Of a DNA stretch of 64,000 nucleotides, positions 1-9,912 are shown in pieces (the first letter of the stretch is position 1; every line of letters begins with the position of its first letter). The translations under genes were made by a program, and so were the position numbers. Source of the DNA: Nitrospira japonica (lineage in GTDB: Bacteria; Nitrospirota; Thermodesulfovibrionia; UBA6902); NCBI GenBank assembly GCA_020723105.1, contig DYJL01000006.1, forward strand, positions 64,689 to 128,688, written 5' to 3'. The notes below the pieces were generated by a model. That model had not been told where the DNA came from. It ran no database searches and saw only the letters and a program-made list of their open reading frames with translations.

Positions 1-1590
1 TTGTTTTTTATTATTGAATGCGGGAGGGAGTCAAGGTCTATCTTGTTTGTCTTTGAGCGTATATATGCGTGTTCAACAGCATTTTCAAGTTCTCTGATAT
101 TTCCCGGCCAATCATAATCCATCAGTGCAGATAACGCTGTTGATGTGATTTCGACAATTTTTTGTTTGTTAGGTATCTTAATGGAGCACTTCTCAATAAA
201 ATGGTTTACAAGCAGGGGAATATCCTCTCTCCTCTCTCTTAGAGGAGGCATCGTTACAGGTACAATACAAAGACGGTAGTAAAGATCTTCCCTGAAGTTA
301 TTGGTTTTTATTTCATCCTGCAAGTTTCGGTTGGTAGCGGCTATGACTCTTGCATCTACTTTTATTGTTTTGGTATCCCCGACTTTTTCAAATTCCTTTT
401 CCTGAATAACCCTCAGAAGCTTGGATTGTAACGCCATAGGCATTTCACCTATTTCATCAAGGAATATTGTGCCGCCTTCAGCGAGTTCGAATTTCCCGAT
501 TTTATCTTTTACAGCACCTGTAAAAGCGCCTCGTACATGGCCGAACAACTCACTTTCAAAAAGTCCTTCAACTATTGCACTGCAGTTGACCTTAACAAAC
601 GGCTTATTTCTCCTATCGCTTTCATGATGAATGGCCCTGGCAACAAGCTCCTTCCCTGTGCCGCTTTCTCCTTCAATTAGCACAGCGCAGTCTGTATCGC
701 GGAGGGTCTCGATCAGTTCAAATATCTGTTGAATCGGGACACTCTTTCCGACAATGTTTGAAAACCGGTATCTGTTGTTCACTTCTTTCCTCAATTTTTC
801 AATCTCGGAGGCATCCCTTATTGTTGCTATCAGGCCTTTGTTAACAGCTCCTTCTTTAAGCACTGCAGTGCTGATAAGCACGGGAATCGTGCCTCCGCTT
901 TTGCTTACAATCCTTTCCATAACATTGGCCAGGCCATAGCCATTTTTTAATGTGTGTGAAAGAGGGCAGTTAGAGGCACAATTGTCAGCGTTTAGTATAT
1001 CTCTGCAGGTAAGCCCTGTAACATCTGACTCTCTTAACCCTGTGAGTTTCTCCATGCCTTTATTAAAACTTGTTATTCTCAAATTGTTATCTACTGTAAA
1101 AACTCCGTCAGCCAGGCTGGTTACAATTGAATCAATTCTGCTTTTTTCCTGGGACAGTATTATGTTGCTTTTCTCCAGAGATTCTATTACCTTGATGGCT
1201 TCACTCATGGGCCTGAAATTCTCTATAATGCCGATTATATTCCCATGGGCATCATGCAGAGGCGCTACATTAAGACAAAGTGGAATAGGCGATGCATCTT
1301 TTTTATGGAGTTGAATATTCATGAAATAAGAAGCCTGGCTGCAACTGATATTGTTGTCATTTGAATCGAGAGGGCAATTCTTTGAGCAGAGGTCGGTGTT
1401 CATAAGCGTGTTACAGGGCATTCCTTCTATAATTTCAGCCTGCAGTCCTATGAGGGATTTTGCCATATTATTTATAAAAAGGACCCTCTTGTCCAGGCCT
1501 ATTACAACTATTCCTTCGGCAATGCTTTCAATAAGGGATGCATAGAAATCGATTGATTTGATGGTATCTGTTTTTTTCTCTAAGGCCATG
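1..1590 (-). CDS. sigma-54-dependent transcriptional regulator (two Cys-motif PAS domains, AAA+ sigma-54 activator domain; 3' end runs off the window start)
   Basis: Minus-strand reading frame is open from a start at 1590 to the window edge. I translated it by eye and it gives [15 protein letters not shown] and ESELFGH motifs. The plus-strand ORFs at 421-627 and 754-939 are mirror-image antisense of the AAA+ core, as at 38822-39007 inside the other sigma-54 regulator. It is missing from the ORF track because its stop lies off-window. Confidence 0.7.
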
Positions 1591-1728
1591 GTGATGGTGC
1601 TTTCCTCTTAATAAATCTGATAAAGCGTTAACTATAGTTTACACACATTAAAATATTTAAATCAAAGCAACAATAATCTTTTTATTGAATTCAGGCTGGT
1701 AAAAATTATTAACCTATTCTACTTTTTC

Positions 1729-2001
1729 TTATTCTATGATCTTTGGAACTCTGTAGAAACTGCCGGTTTTATCAGGAGCATTTTGCATAGCTATATCCTG
1801 AGAGACAGAAGGGGTCAGCTTGTCTTCTCTGAAGACATTTTTAATAGGATGAATATGGGCGGTGGGTTCAACATCAGTTGTATCCAGCTCATTCAGTTTG
1901 TCCATATATTCAATAATGCTGCGGACCTGTCCCGGAAAAAGTTCTTTCTCACTTTCAGAAAGTTTCAGCCTTGCAAGCAGAGCCACATGGTCAAGGTCCA
2001 T
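1729..2001 (-). CDS. gatC: Asp-tRNA(Asn)/Glu-tRNA(Gln) amidotransferase subunit C
   Basis: 90 aa; has the VAxLARL...E...L N-terminus typical of GatC; stop overlaps the pcrA start by 1 nt. Confidence 0.75.
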   Translation of the reverse strand: MDLDHVALLARLKLSESEKELFPGQVRSIIEYMDKLNELDTTDVEPTAHIHPIKNVFREDKLTPSVSQDIAMQNAPDKTGSFYRVPKIIE

Positions 2002-4109
2002 TAAATTTTCTCCAAATTGGCGAACTTCAGGGAGAGTCTCTTAATGCCAACAGATGGAAAATTAACCATAACTTTTACATCATCTGTTTCTCCATAACTG
2101 TCCCTTACTACGCCTATTCCCCACTTAGGATGTTTGACCCTGGCTCCTGTGGCAAATGGCGATGCAGATAAAAAGTTAGCAGGCAGCTTAATAACAGATG
2201 AAGAAATTGTGTCTGCCCGTGGTCTTTTTTCGATACAGTGATAGCATCCCGCAGGTATTTCAGAAAGAAATCTCGAAGGCTGCTGTTCCTGTACGGACGT
2301 GTACAGCCTTCTTCTTTTAGCTCCTGTGAGAACGAGCATATCCTGTGCCCTTGTTACGCCAACATAGAAAAGTCTTCTTTCTTCGGCAAGTTCCTCGGGG
2401 TCTTTTATAGCATGAAAATGCGGCACAAGCCCGTCTTCAAACCCTGAGATAAAAGCCACAGGAAACTCAAGCCCTTTAGCGTTATGAAGGGTCATAAGTG
2501 AAACGGCATCATCAGTATTAGGCTCATCCAGACTGCTGTACAGTGAAGACATGTCAATGAAACTGCTGATATCTTTACCTTCTGCAAAATTTGCAAGTTC
2601 CGTAATATGATCTGCTCTTTCCTCGCTGGCCCATTCTATATAACCTGTTTTTTTGCAAATCAATCTTATCAGTTCAGATACTGATAGACTTCTATGATCT
2701 ATCAGTTCATCAATAACATCTACAAAGGTGCGGATTTTATCTTTTAAAGCTGTTGTATAAGTATTGCTCTTAACTATGTATTTCATCGTCCTGTAAAGGC
2801 TCTCTTCCCTTTTACGGGATTCGTTTTCCACTCTTGTAACAGTTGCGATGCCAATCTGTCTGGTAGGGCAGTTAACGATCCTCTTAAGGCTTACAGAATC
2901 ATCTGGATTCATAATGACTTTTAAATAGGAAACGATATCTTTTATTTCTTTTCTGTGAAAGAAGCTAATTCCTCCGAATATGCGGTAGGGTTGGCCGTTC
3001 TCTCTTAGAGCTTCTTCTATCGCTCTGGACTGTTGATTTACTCTGTAAAAAACAGAGATATCTTTATAAGAATATTTTCCTTTGAGGTACAATTCTTTTA
3101 TTGAGCGGGCTATATATCTGCCTTCTTCGAGTTCGTTGCTTGCAATACAATAATATACCTTTTCGCCTTCTCCTCTTTCGGTCCAAAGTTTTTTTGGCAT
3201 TCTGGAAGTGTTTTGTGCGATGACGTTTTCGGCGATATTCAGTATGTTTTGGGTAGACCTGTAATTTTGTTCAAGTTTTACAACTTTTGTTTTTGAAAAG
3301 TCTTTTTTAAAGGTATGAATATTTCTTACTTCTGCGCCCCTGAATTTGTAGATGCTTTGATCGTCATCTCCTACCACACAGATATTTTTATTTTTTGATG
3401 CCAGAAATTTTGCGAGTCTGTACTGGGAGGGATTTGTATCCTGGAACTCATCAATCATTATGTATGAAAAATCATTTTGATATTTTTTTAGAACGGCTGG
3501 GTGCTCTTCAAATAATTTGACACAGCACATTATCAAATCGTCAAAATCAAGGGCATTATTTTTCCTGAGGTCATCTTGATATTTGACATAAACTCTTGCA
3601 AATTTCTCATCGAAACCATAACTGTCTTCATTGGCAAGGAGTTCTTCAGGATTGACCAGGGAGGCTTTCAGTGAAGAGATCTTCGATAGAATACCTTTAT
3701 AAAGCGCCTCATGAACTTTAAAATCTTTCAAAATTGAACGGATGATATTGCCAGAGTCTTCATCATCATAAATACAGAAATTTCTCTGGAATCCCAGATG
3801 TTCTATTTCTTTCCTCAGAATACGCGCTGACAGAGAGTGAAACGTGCCAATCCATAGCCCCTTGCTGCTCTTCTTCGTAAGGTGCTCAATTCTTTCCCGC
3901 ATTTCTTCTGCAGCCTTGTTGGTGAAGGTCATTGCGAGAATCGAGGTATTGGGAACTTTATGCGCATTATTGAGATAGGCAAATTTGTGCGTAATAACTT
4001 TTGTTTTGCCACTTCCGGCCCCTGCCAGGACCAGCAACGGCCCGCTATTATGAAGTACAGCTTCTTTTTGCTGAATATTAAGATCATTCAATAAAGCGTG
4101 CTTAGTCAT
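2001..4109 (-). CDS. pcrA: ATP-dependent DNA helicase, UvrD/PcrA family
   Basis: 702 aa; Walker A AGAGSGKT, DEFQDTN motif and UvrD-like C-terminal domain. Confidence 0.85.
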   Translation of the reverse strand: MTKHALLNDLNIQQKEAVLHNSGPLLVLAGAGSGKTKVITHKFAYLNNAHKVPNTSILAMTFTNKAAEEMRERIEHLTKKSSKGLWIGTFHSLSARILRKEIEHLGFQRNFCIYDDEDSGNIIRSILKDFKVHEALYKGILSKISSLKASLVNPEELLANEDSYGFDEKFARVYVKYQDDLRKNNALDFDDLIMCCVKLFEEHPAVLKKYQNDFSYIMIDEFQDTNPSQYRLAKFLASKNKNICVVGDDDQSIYKFRGAEVRNIHTFKKDFSKTKVVKLEQNYRSTQNILNIAENVIAQNTSRMPKKLWTERGEGEKVYYCIASNELEEGRYIARSIKELYLKGKYSYKDISVFYRVNQQSRAIEEALRENGQPYRIFGGISFFHRKEIKDIVSYLKVIMNPDDSVSLKRIVNCPTRQIGIATVTRVENESRKREESLYRTMKYIVKSNTYTTALKDKIRTFVDVIDELIDHRSLSVSELIRLICKKTGYIEWASEERADHITELANFAEGKDISSFIDMSSLYSSLDEPNTDDAVSLMTLHNAKGLEFPVAFISGFEDGLVPHFHAIKDPEELAEERRLFYVGVTRAQDMLVLTGAKRRRLYTSVQEQQPSRFLSEIPAGCYHCIEKRPRADTISSSVIKLPANFLSASPFATGARVKHPKWGIGVVRDSYGETDDVKVMVNFPSVGIKRLSLKFANLEKI

Positions 4110-4329
4110 TCAACCCCCTGAGGTAAAATTCTTGATTAAAACTAAAGGAAGATACACCTACCAATTTAGTACAGAAATATTATATCAGATGTTACTGAAA
4201 ATTGTTATCTGCTTATGAGGCAATTGATATAATTTATATAGTCCTGACAGTTGATACGGATAGTTTCTGAATATAGTCCGGGTTCAAAATCCTTTGTGAT
4301 TTTTTTCTGTGGAAAAAACTTAATGCAAT

Positions 4330-6162
4330 TTATTCAACCGTTACGCTTTTTGCAAGATTCCTTGGTTGATCAACATTGCATTTTCTCAGCACTGCCATAT
4401 GATATGCCAGTAAATGAAGCGGGATGGAAAAAATAATCGGAGTAAGGTAGTAGTTGGTTTTTGGCATAGTTAAAATATATGATGCGCGTGAAAGCACTTT
4501 TGTATTGTCTTCTGTTGCAACAGCTATTACCTTTCCGCCTCTGCTTTTTACCTCTTCCATATTTGAGAGTATCTTTTCCAGAATGTTGTCATCAGGCGCA
4601 AGTGCAAGCACAGGCATGTTGTTATCAATGAGAGCTATAGGCCCGTGCTTCATTTCTCCGGCAGGATATCCTTCGGCATGAATGTATGAAATCTCTTTTA
4701 ATTTCAAAGCTCCTTCGAGGGCTATAGGGTAGTTTATCCCTCTGCCGAGATAAAGGAAATCCCTTACACGGAAAAATTGTTTTGCTATTTTAATAATGGC
4801 ATTGTTTGATTGCAGGGACTTCTCCACCTTTTCGGGAAGCTGTAGGAGTTCATTAAACAGCTCTCGTATTTCATGGGAACTGAGTGTCTTTTTTGCCTTT
4901 GCAAGTGCAATTGAGAAAAGGTAAAGCCCTGTAAGCTGGGTAGTAAAGGCTTTTGTGGATGCAACGCCTATTTCTGGTCCCGAGTGCGTGTAAAAAACAC
5001 TGTCAGCTTCTCTTGCTGAGGTGCTTCCAACTACATTGCAAATACTGAGGACCTTTGCGCCAAGCTTCCGGGATTCTTTCTGAGCTGCCAGGGTATCTGC
5101 TGTTTCGCCTGACTGCGTTATGACAATAACAAGGCTTCCTTTGGGGATCAGAGGTTTTCTGTATCTGAATTCGGACGCAATGTCAACCTCACAGGGCACC
5201 CTTGCCATCTCTTCAATCATGTATTTCCCTACAAGAGCAGCATGCCAGGAAGTGCCACATGCGACAAGGAATATTTTGTCCAGTTTTTTTAGATCGTTTT
5301 CCTTTAGAGAGAACTCTCCAAGGTTTACTTCGGCTCTTTCGAGAGAGAATCTTCCCCTGATGGTATCTGAAATGGCTCGTGGCTGTTCATGTATTTCTTT
5401 GAGCATGAAATGCCTGTAACCGCTTTTCTCTGCCATAGAGGGGCTCCAGGTAATTTTTGTAATTTCTTTTTTTACAGGCTTGCTGTTGTGTAATTTTGAG
5501 ATGGAAACACCTTTATGAGTGATTGAAGCAATTTCATCGTTATCAAGGATTATGACATCCTTTGTATAGTTAAGGAATGCCGGTATGTCAGATGCTATGA
5601 AAAATTCTCCTTTACCAAGTCCTATAACAAGGGGACTGTCTTTCTTTACAGCCAGTATCTTTTGTGGTTCTTTCTCATTGATGATGCCAATTGCATAGGC
5701 GCCTTCCACGTGTTTTAAGGCTTCCCGTGTTGCATCTTCAAAATTGAGTCCATTTTGTGAATAACTGTGTATAAGATGACAGATTACTTCTGTATCAGTT
5801 TCCGAAGTGAAAACATGTCCCTTCTTCTTCAATTCTTCTTTCAGTTCAAAGTAATTTTCTATAATTCCGTTATGTACTAAAACTATACCTCCAGCCCTGT
5901 GTGGATGTGCGTTCTCTTCTGAGGGTTTTCCATGTGTGGCCCATCTGGTATGCCCTAACCCTGTAATGCTCTTAAGTCTTTCACCTCTTATATGACTTTC
6001 TAAATCCTTTATCTTCCCGGCACAGCGCCTGACTCCTATTTTGTTATTCATAAAGAATGCAATCCCTGCAGAATCGTATCCTCTATACTCAAGGCGTTTC
6101 AGTCCTTTAATGAGAATTGGGATAGCGTTTTGTTTTCCGATGTAACCAATTATTCCACACAT
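4330..6162 (-). CDS. glmS: glutamine--fructose-6-phosphate aminotransferase
   Basis: 610 aa; N-terminal MCGIIGY nucleophile, two SIS domains, C-terminal ...VTVE. Confidence 0.95.
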   Translation of the reverse strand: MCGIIGYIGKQNAIPILIKGLKRLEYRGYDSAGIAFFMNNKIGVRRCAGKIKDLESHIRGERLKSITGLGHTRWATHGKPSEENAHPHRAGGIVLVHNGIIENYFELKEELKKKGHVFTSETDTEVICHLIHSYSQNGLNFEDATREALKHVEGAYAIGIINEKEPQKILAVKKDSPLVIGLGKGEFFIASDIPAFLNYTKDVIILDNDEIASITHKGVSISKLHNSKPVKKEITKITWSPSMAEKSGYRHFMLKEIHEQPRAISDTIRGRFSLERAEVNLGEFSLKENDLKKLDKIFLVACGTSWHAALVGKYMIEEMARVPCEVDIASEFRYRKPLIPKGSLVIVITQSGETADTLAAQKESRKLGAKVLSICNVVGSTSAREADSVFYTHSGPEIGVASTKAFTTQLTGLYLFSIALAKAKKTLSSHEIRELFNELLQLPEKVEKSLQSNNAIIKIAKQFFRVRDFLYLGRGINYPIALEGALKLKEISYIHAEGYPAGEMKHGPIALIDNNMPVLALAPDDNILEKILSNMEEVKSRGGKVIAVATEDNTKVLSRASYILTMPKTNYYLTPIIFSIPLHLLAYHMAVLRKCNVDQPRNLAKSVTVE

Positions 6163-6270
6163 AAAAAGTAGTCGGTAGTCAGTAGTTAGTAGTCAGTAGA
6201 AAAAGAAACCACTCTTCTCCCCTAAACTATTAGCTAATGCTTACCTTTTTTCTCCTTTCATCCTTAACTC

Positions 6271-7647
6271 CTAACTCTTAACTCTCAACTGTCTTTTTCT
6301 GGCCCAGCCTATAAGATTCTGCTGTTTGGTCCGGCTTATCGCAAGAGACCCTGCAGGGACATCTTTATTGACTGTAGTGCCGGCTGCCACATAAGCCCCT
6401 TTTCCGATTTTAACAGGCGCGACAAGCTGGGAATCACTTCCGACAAAAACACCTTGCTCAATAACAGTATTGAACTTGTTTCTTCCATCATAGTTGCAGG
6501 TGATTGTACCGGCCCCAATATTTACGTTCTTTCCGACAATAGCATCGCCGAGATAAGTCAGATGAGATGCCTTTGTTTCGTTGCCAATGCTGGTTTTCTT
6601 TATTTCAACAAAATTCCCTATCTTAACTTTACGGCCAATGATGCTGTGCGGCCTAAGATGTGCAAAAGGACCAATAGAGCTTTCGTTTCCGATCCTGCTT
6701 GCTTCTATGACAGTGTTATCTTTGATGATCACGTTGTTTCCGAGCGTACTGTCGAATATTCTTGAGCCTGGATATATAATGCAAGCATTGCCGATTTTTG
6801 TTTTGCCTTCAAGATATGTATTTGGATAAATGATTGTATCTTTACCAACTGATACCGATGGATGAACAAATGATGTGTCAGGATCTATAAAAGTTACGCC
6901 ATGGTCCATTAATCTCGCAATAGTTCTCTTCCTGATAATATCAGAGATCTCGTGCAGTTCCCTCCGGTTGTTTACCCCTCTGATATCCTCTGAAGGGCAA
7001 ATATACGCATTAAGTCTTTCCCCTTTTTTTGAAACAATACCAACGAGATCTGTCAGATAGTATTCACCTGAGTCACGGTTCTTTTTAATATTATCAAGAT
7101 AATTCAGTGCTTCAGTCTCCAGTATATAAACACCACTGTTTAACTCTTTAAATTTTTTCTTTTCTTCATGTGTTGCGTGTTTATCTTCGACGATACCTGT
7201 AACTTTCTTGTTTTCATCCCGCAGGACTCTTCCATAGCCTGACATGGTGCTATCTATAAAAGAAAGAAACGAAACTACATTCTTATCTCGTTTATGATTT
7301 TCAACAAGCGTTTTCAGGGTCTTTGTTGTTATGAGAGGACAATCTCCATTAAGAACCAGGACAGTATCCTTTTTTAATTCTTTTTTTGCGACTGAAAGAG
7401 CATCCCCTGTTCCTAAAAGCCTTTTCTGGATAACAAATGACAGATGATCCTCGGTCGCCATCCGATTTCTCACTGCGTCTGCACCGTTGCCAATGACGAC
7501 AACAGTCTTTTGAGGTTTCAACACTTTTACGGCATCTATTGTGTACTGCAGCATCGGTTTTCCTAAAACCTCATGAAGGACTTTAGGGACCAGGGAATTC
7601 ATCCTCTTGCCACGACCTGCAGCGAGAATAACTACGGACAGATTCAT
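6271..7647 (-). CDS. glmU: bifunctional UDP-GlcNAc pyrophosphorylase / GlcN-1-P acetyltransferase
   Basis: 458 aa; N-terminal LAAGRGKRM nucleotidyltransferase domain plus C-terminal hexapeptide-repeat left-handed beta-helix. Confidence 0.9.
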   Translation of the reverse strand: MNLSVVILAAGRGKRMNSLVPKVLHEVLGKPMLQYTIDAVKVLKPQKTVVVIGNGADAVRNRMATEDHLSFVIQKRLLGTGDALSVAKKELKKDTVLVLNGDCPLITTKTLKTLVENHKRDKNVVSFLSFIDSTMSGYGRVLRDENKKVTGIVEDKHATHEEKKKFKELNSGVYILETEALNYLDNIKKNRDSGEYYLTDLVGIVSKKGERLNAYICPSEDIRGVNNRRELHEISDIIRKRTIARLMDHGVTFIDPDTSFVHPSVSVGKDTIIYPNTYLEGKTKIGNACIIYPGSRIFDSTLGNNVIIKDNTVIEASRIGNESSIGPFAHLRPHSIIGRKVKIGNFVEIKKTSIGNETKASHLTYLGDAIVGKNVNIGAGTITCNYDGRNKFNTVIEQGVFVGSDSQLVAPVKIGKGAYVAAGTTVNKDVPAGSLAISRTKQQNLIGWARKRQLRVKS

Positions 7648-7723
7648 TTGGATATGATAATCTTTTCAGCGTTATGATTGCAACGTAACTTTATGGTAAT
7701 AGCGGGTGCATTAATACAGGGCT

Positions 7724-8800
7724 TTATAGTTGTACATATTCTTTCAGCAGCGCAGGATACATGAACGGATTGAATAGAATGTTTGTCATAAGATAACATT
7801 CATGCGTACAGTAACAACGTTTACTCTGTATTGAACGCAGAATATTTTGTGCCTTATCAGTTCTTAAAAGTCTCCTTAGATCATAATTGTTATCCCTCAC
7901 ATTTCCCATTTTCATGGTAAAGGACTCGCAGGGATAAACTGCTCCTGTCTCGGAAAGGACGAGATTTAATCTTCCGGCATAACAGGGAATCAATTGTTTT
8001 TTATATGTCAGCGTCTCATGAATCAGCTTGCGTTGCAATATGTCCTGTGCAGCTTTCAACTTAGCTCCGCTGAAATGATATATCTGCGCTGTCTTTTGCC
8101 GCAGGTTTAACGCCAGTTTATTAACGACCTCATGGTATTTGACAGTATCAATGTTTTTAAACCTGTTGTCTGAGACCGTGCCTCTTATGAGTGATACAGT
8201 GTGGGTCCTGATTCCTTCCAGTCCATTGACAAAGTCAATAAGTTCATACATGTAATCCTGATTTGCGGAACTGAATACTGTATTGATCCCGAGATCAAAA
8301 TTCGGATATCTTGCAAGTAACTCCTTAAGTGCGCTGTAAGTCTGCATGGTTTTTTTAAAGCTGCCTTTCATCCCCCTGATTGAATCGTGCAGATCTTCAA
8401 GTCCTTCCAGGGAAAGTTTTACAACTATTGAACTTTTTATGCAGTGCTGCAGAATGGCCTCGAGCTTTTCTCTTATAACATCCGTGAGAAGACCATTTGT
8501 AGGGAGAAGAATTATGACTGGTTTGTTTCGTTCATAAAATATTTTTGTTATGTCCACGATGTCACTTCGCAGGAATATTTCCCCCCCGGAAAATGCAAGC
8601 CAGAGGAGGCGGCCGCATGAGGCAGATATCTTTTCAATTTCATCGAGGGATAATTCAGTAAGGCCTGAAGGGTCTTTTTCAGAAAGATAAAAACAGAAAG
8701 GACATTTAAGGTTGCATCTCCGGGTCAGAAAAAAGGTCAGGTGAATGGGAGTATGTTTCCAGAAGGCCGAACCTATATGACGAAAGGGAGAGTAGGGCAT
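7724..8800 (-). CDS. radical SAM protein with SPASM-like Cys-rich C-terminus
   Basis: 358 aa; CNLKCPFC (CxxxCxxC) cluster motif and a C-terminal Cys-rich region (CYAG...CES...CYCTHEC). Confidence 0.65.
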   Translation of the reverse strand: MPYSPFRHIGSAFWKHTPIHLTFFLTRRCNLKCPFCFYLSEKDPSGLTELSLDEIEKISASCGRLLWLAFSGGEIFLRSDIVDITKIFYERNKPVIILLPTNGLLTDVIREKLEAILQHCIKSSIVVKLSLEGLEDLHDSIRGMKGSFKKTMQTYSALKELLARYPNFDLGINTVFSSANQDYMYELIDFVNGLEGIRTHTVSLIRGTVSDNRFKNIDTVKYHEVVNKLALNLRQKTAQIYHFSGAKLKAAQDILQRKLIHETLTYKKQLIPCYAGRLNLVLSETGAVYPCESFTMKMGNVRDNNYDLRRLLRTDKAQNILRSIQSKRCYCTHECYLMTNILFNPFMYPALLKEYVQL

Positions 8801-8803
8801 ATA

Positions 8804-9859
8804 TCAGAATCTTTTTAAAAAAAAGTTTATTATTCCCGCGATAGTTCCTGAGCCAACAGGAAGAGGATAGAGCATTGTGTAAAAAAGGAATGCCTGCATA
8901 CCAAATAAGATTCCTTTTGTTTCAAAGAAGATTTTTAACAGGCGTCGGTTCACAACTATATTCAGCATAGAAAGAATTAGTAAGATATATAGAAATACCG
9001 GGTTTTTTAAAATAGTCCACAGAATTATGCTTAGTAAATTCAAGAAATAAAAAACAACATTGGTTTTTAATTCTGTAGATGCAGAACCTGAGTCATTTAA
9101 CAGGTCTTTGTTCTTGAGTGAATACATAACCCAATACTTCGTTTTTCTGAAAGCATTGCGCATGGATTTTAAGAAAGTAAAATTAAATATATGCTGCACT
9201 TGTATCTCAGGATTTACCACAAGTTTGAAACCTCTCCTTTTTAAACGATGAGTAAATTCGACATCTTCTATAATCGGCAGAAAAACTTCAGGGAAACCAT
9301 CGCTTTTATTAAAGGCCGTTGCACTGATTATCATTGCATGAGCAGCAATATAATCAGGGTTGTCGGTCCTGGTCTCAGAGTAATTTACAAATACTGACTG
9401 AAAGATACTGAAAAACTTTTTATCATAAGGTATTTTCGTATATGTACCGCCGAGAACAATCCCTTTTATATTTGCGGGGGGCAAGGTTGCTAAGGTTTTA
9501 TTTACGATCGAAAGCGTATCAGGCTGCAGGAGACAGTCTGCGTCAGTGAAGAATATAAATTCTCCGCTGCTGTTTTGTGCGCCCACATTCCTTGCCTTTG
9601 AAGTCCCTGCATGTTTCCCGAGGTAAAGCAGTTTGCAGGGAAACTTTCTAATAATCTCTACAGAATTGTCCTGGGACTTGTCATCTACAACCACAACTTC
9701 ATAATTTTTGTATTGTGATGCAAAAACTGCCTCCAGACATTTTTCGATTGTCAGAGCATTATTGTAGTTTGGGATAACGACAGATATATGTTTTTCCATT
9801 TGAACGTTTATTATAATATATAAAAAATAAGTATACCGGCAGCAAGGCGAAATTGACAA
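8804..9859 (-). CDS. family 2 glycosyltransferase with C-terminal membrane domain
   Basis: VVIPNYNN...DDKSQDNS and FTDADC (GT2 DXD) motifs; hydrophobic C-terminal third; true start may be the internal Met at 9800 (MEKHISVVIP). Confidence 0.7.
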   Translation of the reverse strand: MSISPCCRYTYFLYIIINVQMEKHISVVIPNYNNALTIEKCLEAVFASQYKNYEVVVVDDKSQDNSVEIIRKFPCKLLYLGKHAGTSKARNVGAQNSSGEFIFFTDADCLLQPDTLSIVNKTLATLPPANIKGIVLGGTYTKIPYDKKFFSIFQSVFVNYSETRTDNPDYIAAHAMIISATAFNKSDGFPEVFLPIIEDVEFTHRLKRRGFKLVVNPEIQVQHIFNFTFLKSMRNAFRKTKYWVMYSLKNKDLLNDSGSASTELKTNVVFYFLNLLSIILWTILKNPVFLYILLILSMLNIVVNRRLLKIFFETKGILFGMQAFLFYTMLYPLPVGSGTIAGIINFFLKRF

Positions 9860-9912
9860 ATTATTTTATATCATTCTAAGATTATACAAATCCAAATAAT
9901 TTCGAGGTACCT

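Noticed and set aside
421-1545. Plus-strand ORFs of 61-120 aa (421-627, 754-939, 952-1314, 1351-1545)
   Set aside because: They are mirror-image antisense frames of the minus-strand sigma-54 regulator. Their [14 protein letters not shown]...APVKAP peptide is the reverse complement of the GxGKE AAA+ motif, as also seen at 38822-39007.
4251-4436. 61-aa plus-strand ORF
   Set aside because: Overlaps the glmS 3' end on the opposite strand; no RBS or motif.
6264-6290. taactcy heptamer-like tandem repeat
   Set aside because: Mostly lies inside the glmU 3' coding end (encodes ...QLRVKS), so it is not an independent intergenic repeat.
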